Shown here piece after piece: positions 62,655 to 64,000 of a stretch of DNA of 64,000 bases. How positions within the stretch are numbered: position 1 is the stretch's first letter; every line of letters begins with the position of its first letter. Source of the DNA: Octopus bimaculoides (Eukaryota); the NCBI RefSeq assembly GCF_001194135.2, contig NC_068981.1, positions 167,897,324 through 167,961,323 of the forward strand. Reading direction: 5' to 3'. The position numbers and the translations under genes were made by a program. The notes under the pieces are model-generated. The model did no database searches, was not told the DNA's origin, and saw only the letters and a program-made list of their open reading frames with translations.

Positions 62655-63683
62655 NNNNNNNNNNNNNNNNNNNNNNNNNNNNNNNNNNNNNNNNNNNNNN
62701 NNNNNNNNNNNNNNNNNNNNNNNNNNNNNNNNNNNNNNNNNNNNNNNNNNNNNNNNNNNNNNNNNNNNNNNNNNNNNNNNNNNNNNNNNNNNNNNNNNNN
62801 NNNNNNNNNNNNNNNNNNNNNNNNNNNNNNNNNNNNNNNNNNNNNNNNNNNNNNNNNNNNNNNNNNNNNNNNNNNNNNNNNNNNNNNNNNNNNNNNNNNN
62901 NNNNNNNNNNNNNNNNNNNNNNNNNNNNNNNNNNNNNNNNNNNNNNNNNNNNNNNNNNNNNNNNNNNNNNNNNNNNNNNNNNNNNNNNNNNNNNNNNNNN
63001 NNNNNNNNNNNNNNNNNNNNNNNNNNNNNNNNNNNNNNNNNNNNNNNNNNNNNNNNNNNNNNNNNNNNNNNNNNNNNNNNNNNNNNNNNNNNNNNNNNNN
63101 NNNNNNNNNNNNNNNNNNNNNNNNNNNNNNNNNNNNNNNNNNNNNNNNNNNNNNNNNNNNNNNNNNNNNNNNNNNNNNNNNNNNNNNNNNNNNNNNNNNN
63201 NNNNNNNNNNNNNNNNNNNNNNNNNNNNNNNNNNNNNNNNNNNNNNNNNNNNNNNNNNNNNNNNNNNNNNNNNNNNNNNNNNNNNNNNNNNNNNNNNNNN
63301 NNNNNNNNNNNNNNNNNNNNNNNNNNNNNNNNNNNNNNNNNNNNNNNNNNNNNNNNNNNNNNNNNNNNNNNNNNNNNNNNNNNNNNNNNNNNNNNNNNNN
63401 NNNNNNNNNNNNNNNNNNNNNNNNNNNNNNNNNNNNNNNNNNNNNNNNNNNNNNNNNNNNNNNNNNNNNNNNNNNNNNNNNNNNNNNNNNNNNNNNNNNN
63501 NNNNNNNNNNNNNNNNNNNNNNNNNNNNNNNNNNNNNNNNNNCTGTATATGTGTATACGTGCAGACATACACCTGTTTGTGTGTGTGTGTGTGATATATA
63601 ATGTTATTTAAGCAAACTAAATTAATTTTTATGACTTTCTCACGGTGAAAGTGCATCGTGTTTTCTTAGTTTAAACAACACTC

Positions 63684-63845
63684 CGTCTACCAAATCCACT
63701 CACAATGCTTTGGTCGGCCTGAGACTATAGTAGAAGACACTTGCCCAAGATGCCATGCAGTGGGAATGAACCCGGAGGAGACGATGTAATCGATTTACTT
63801 CTCCCGCCTAAATTCTTGGCCTTGCACCAAGATTTGCAACCATTA
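63684..63845. mobile_element. SINE A head (-) abutting a SINE B tail (+)
   Basis: ccgtctaccaaatccactcac...gaacccgga, then gacgatgtaatcgattt...ggccttgcacc. Confidence 0.75.
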
Positions 63846-64000
63846 TATGTATGTGTCTAATGATGGCTGAAACGATGAGAGACAGAAAATATTCATATGT
63901 TCAGTTTTGACAGAAAAAATAACAGGGTAACAAGCTTCTAGATATTTTCACATCCTTCCGATACTTTTCCGTTTTAGTTACTATATTTCATCGAATTTTT

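Noticed and set aside
1-64000. CRISPR arrays, rRNA, operon-like or prokaryotic systems
   Set aside because: No repeat-spacer array, rRNA motif or dense coding region; the sequence is eukaryotic repeat-rich DNA.

Overview
AT-rich, repeat-saturated eukaryotic DNA from a draft short-read assembly, with 17 N-gaps, most flanked by microsatellites. The SINE/LINE repertoire and microsatellite density suggest an octopus genome (my recognition, not verified). I found no host protein-coding gene I can support, so this looks like intergenic DNA or the inside of a long intron; nearly all ORF-track entries are N-runs or simple repeats. Content: (1) at least three tRNA-derived SINE families, labelled A, B and D/E here; (2) decayed LINEs of three kinds: Tx1/L1 (6.9-8.2 kb), CR1-like (16.9-18.2 kb), and an R4/Dong-like family with RT and restriction-like endonuclease (REL), with one 2.4-kb copy at 38.2-40.7 kb and five short 3' fragments; (3) Penelope-like element (PLE) remnants with hammerhead-ribozyme-like cores; (4) DNA transposons: two mariner transposase relics, Tc1/mariner MITEs, and a Merlin-like element with perfect 41-bp TIRs. 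The most interesting signals are the dispersed minimal hammerhead-like motifs (best at 20564-20599, multi-core cassette at 40681-40960), a REL LINE whose copies end in CATA repeats and share a 5' truncation point, and 3'-tail sharing between SINEs and LINEs. TE boundaries were read by eye, about +/-10-20 bp unless stated as exact.
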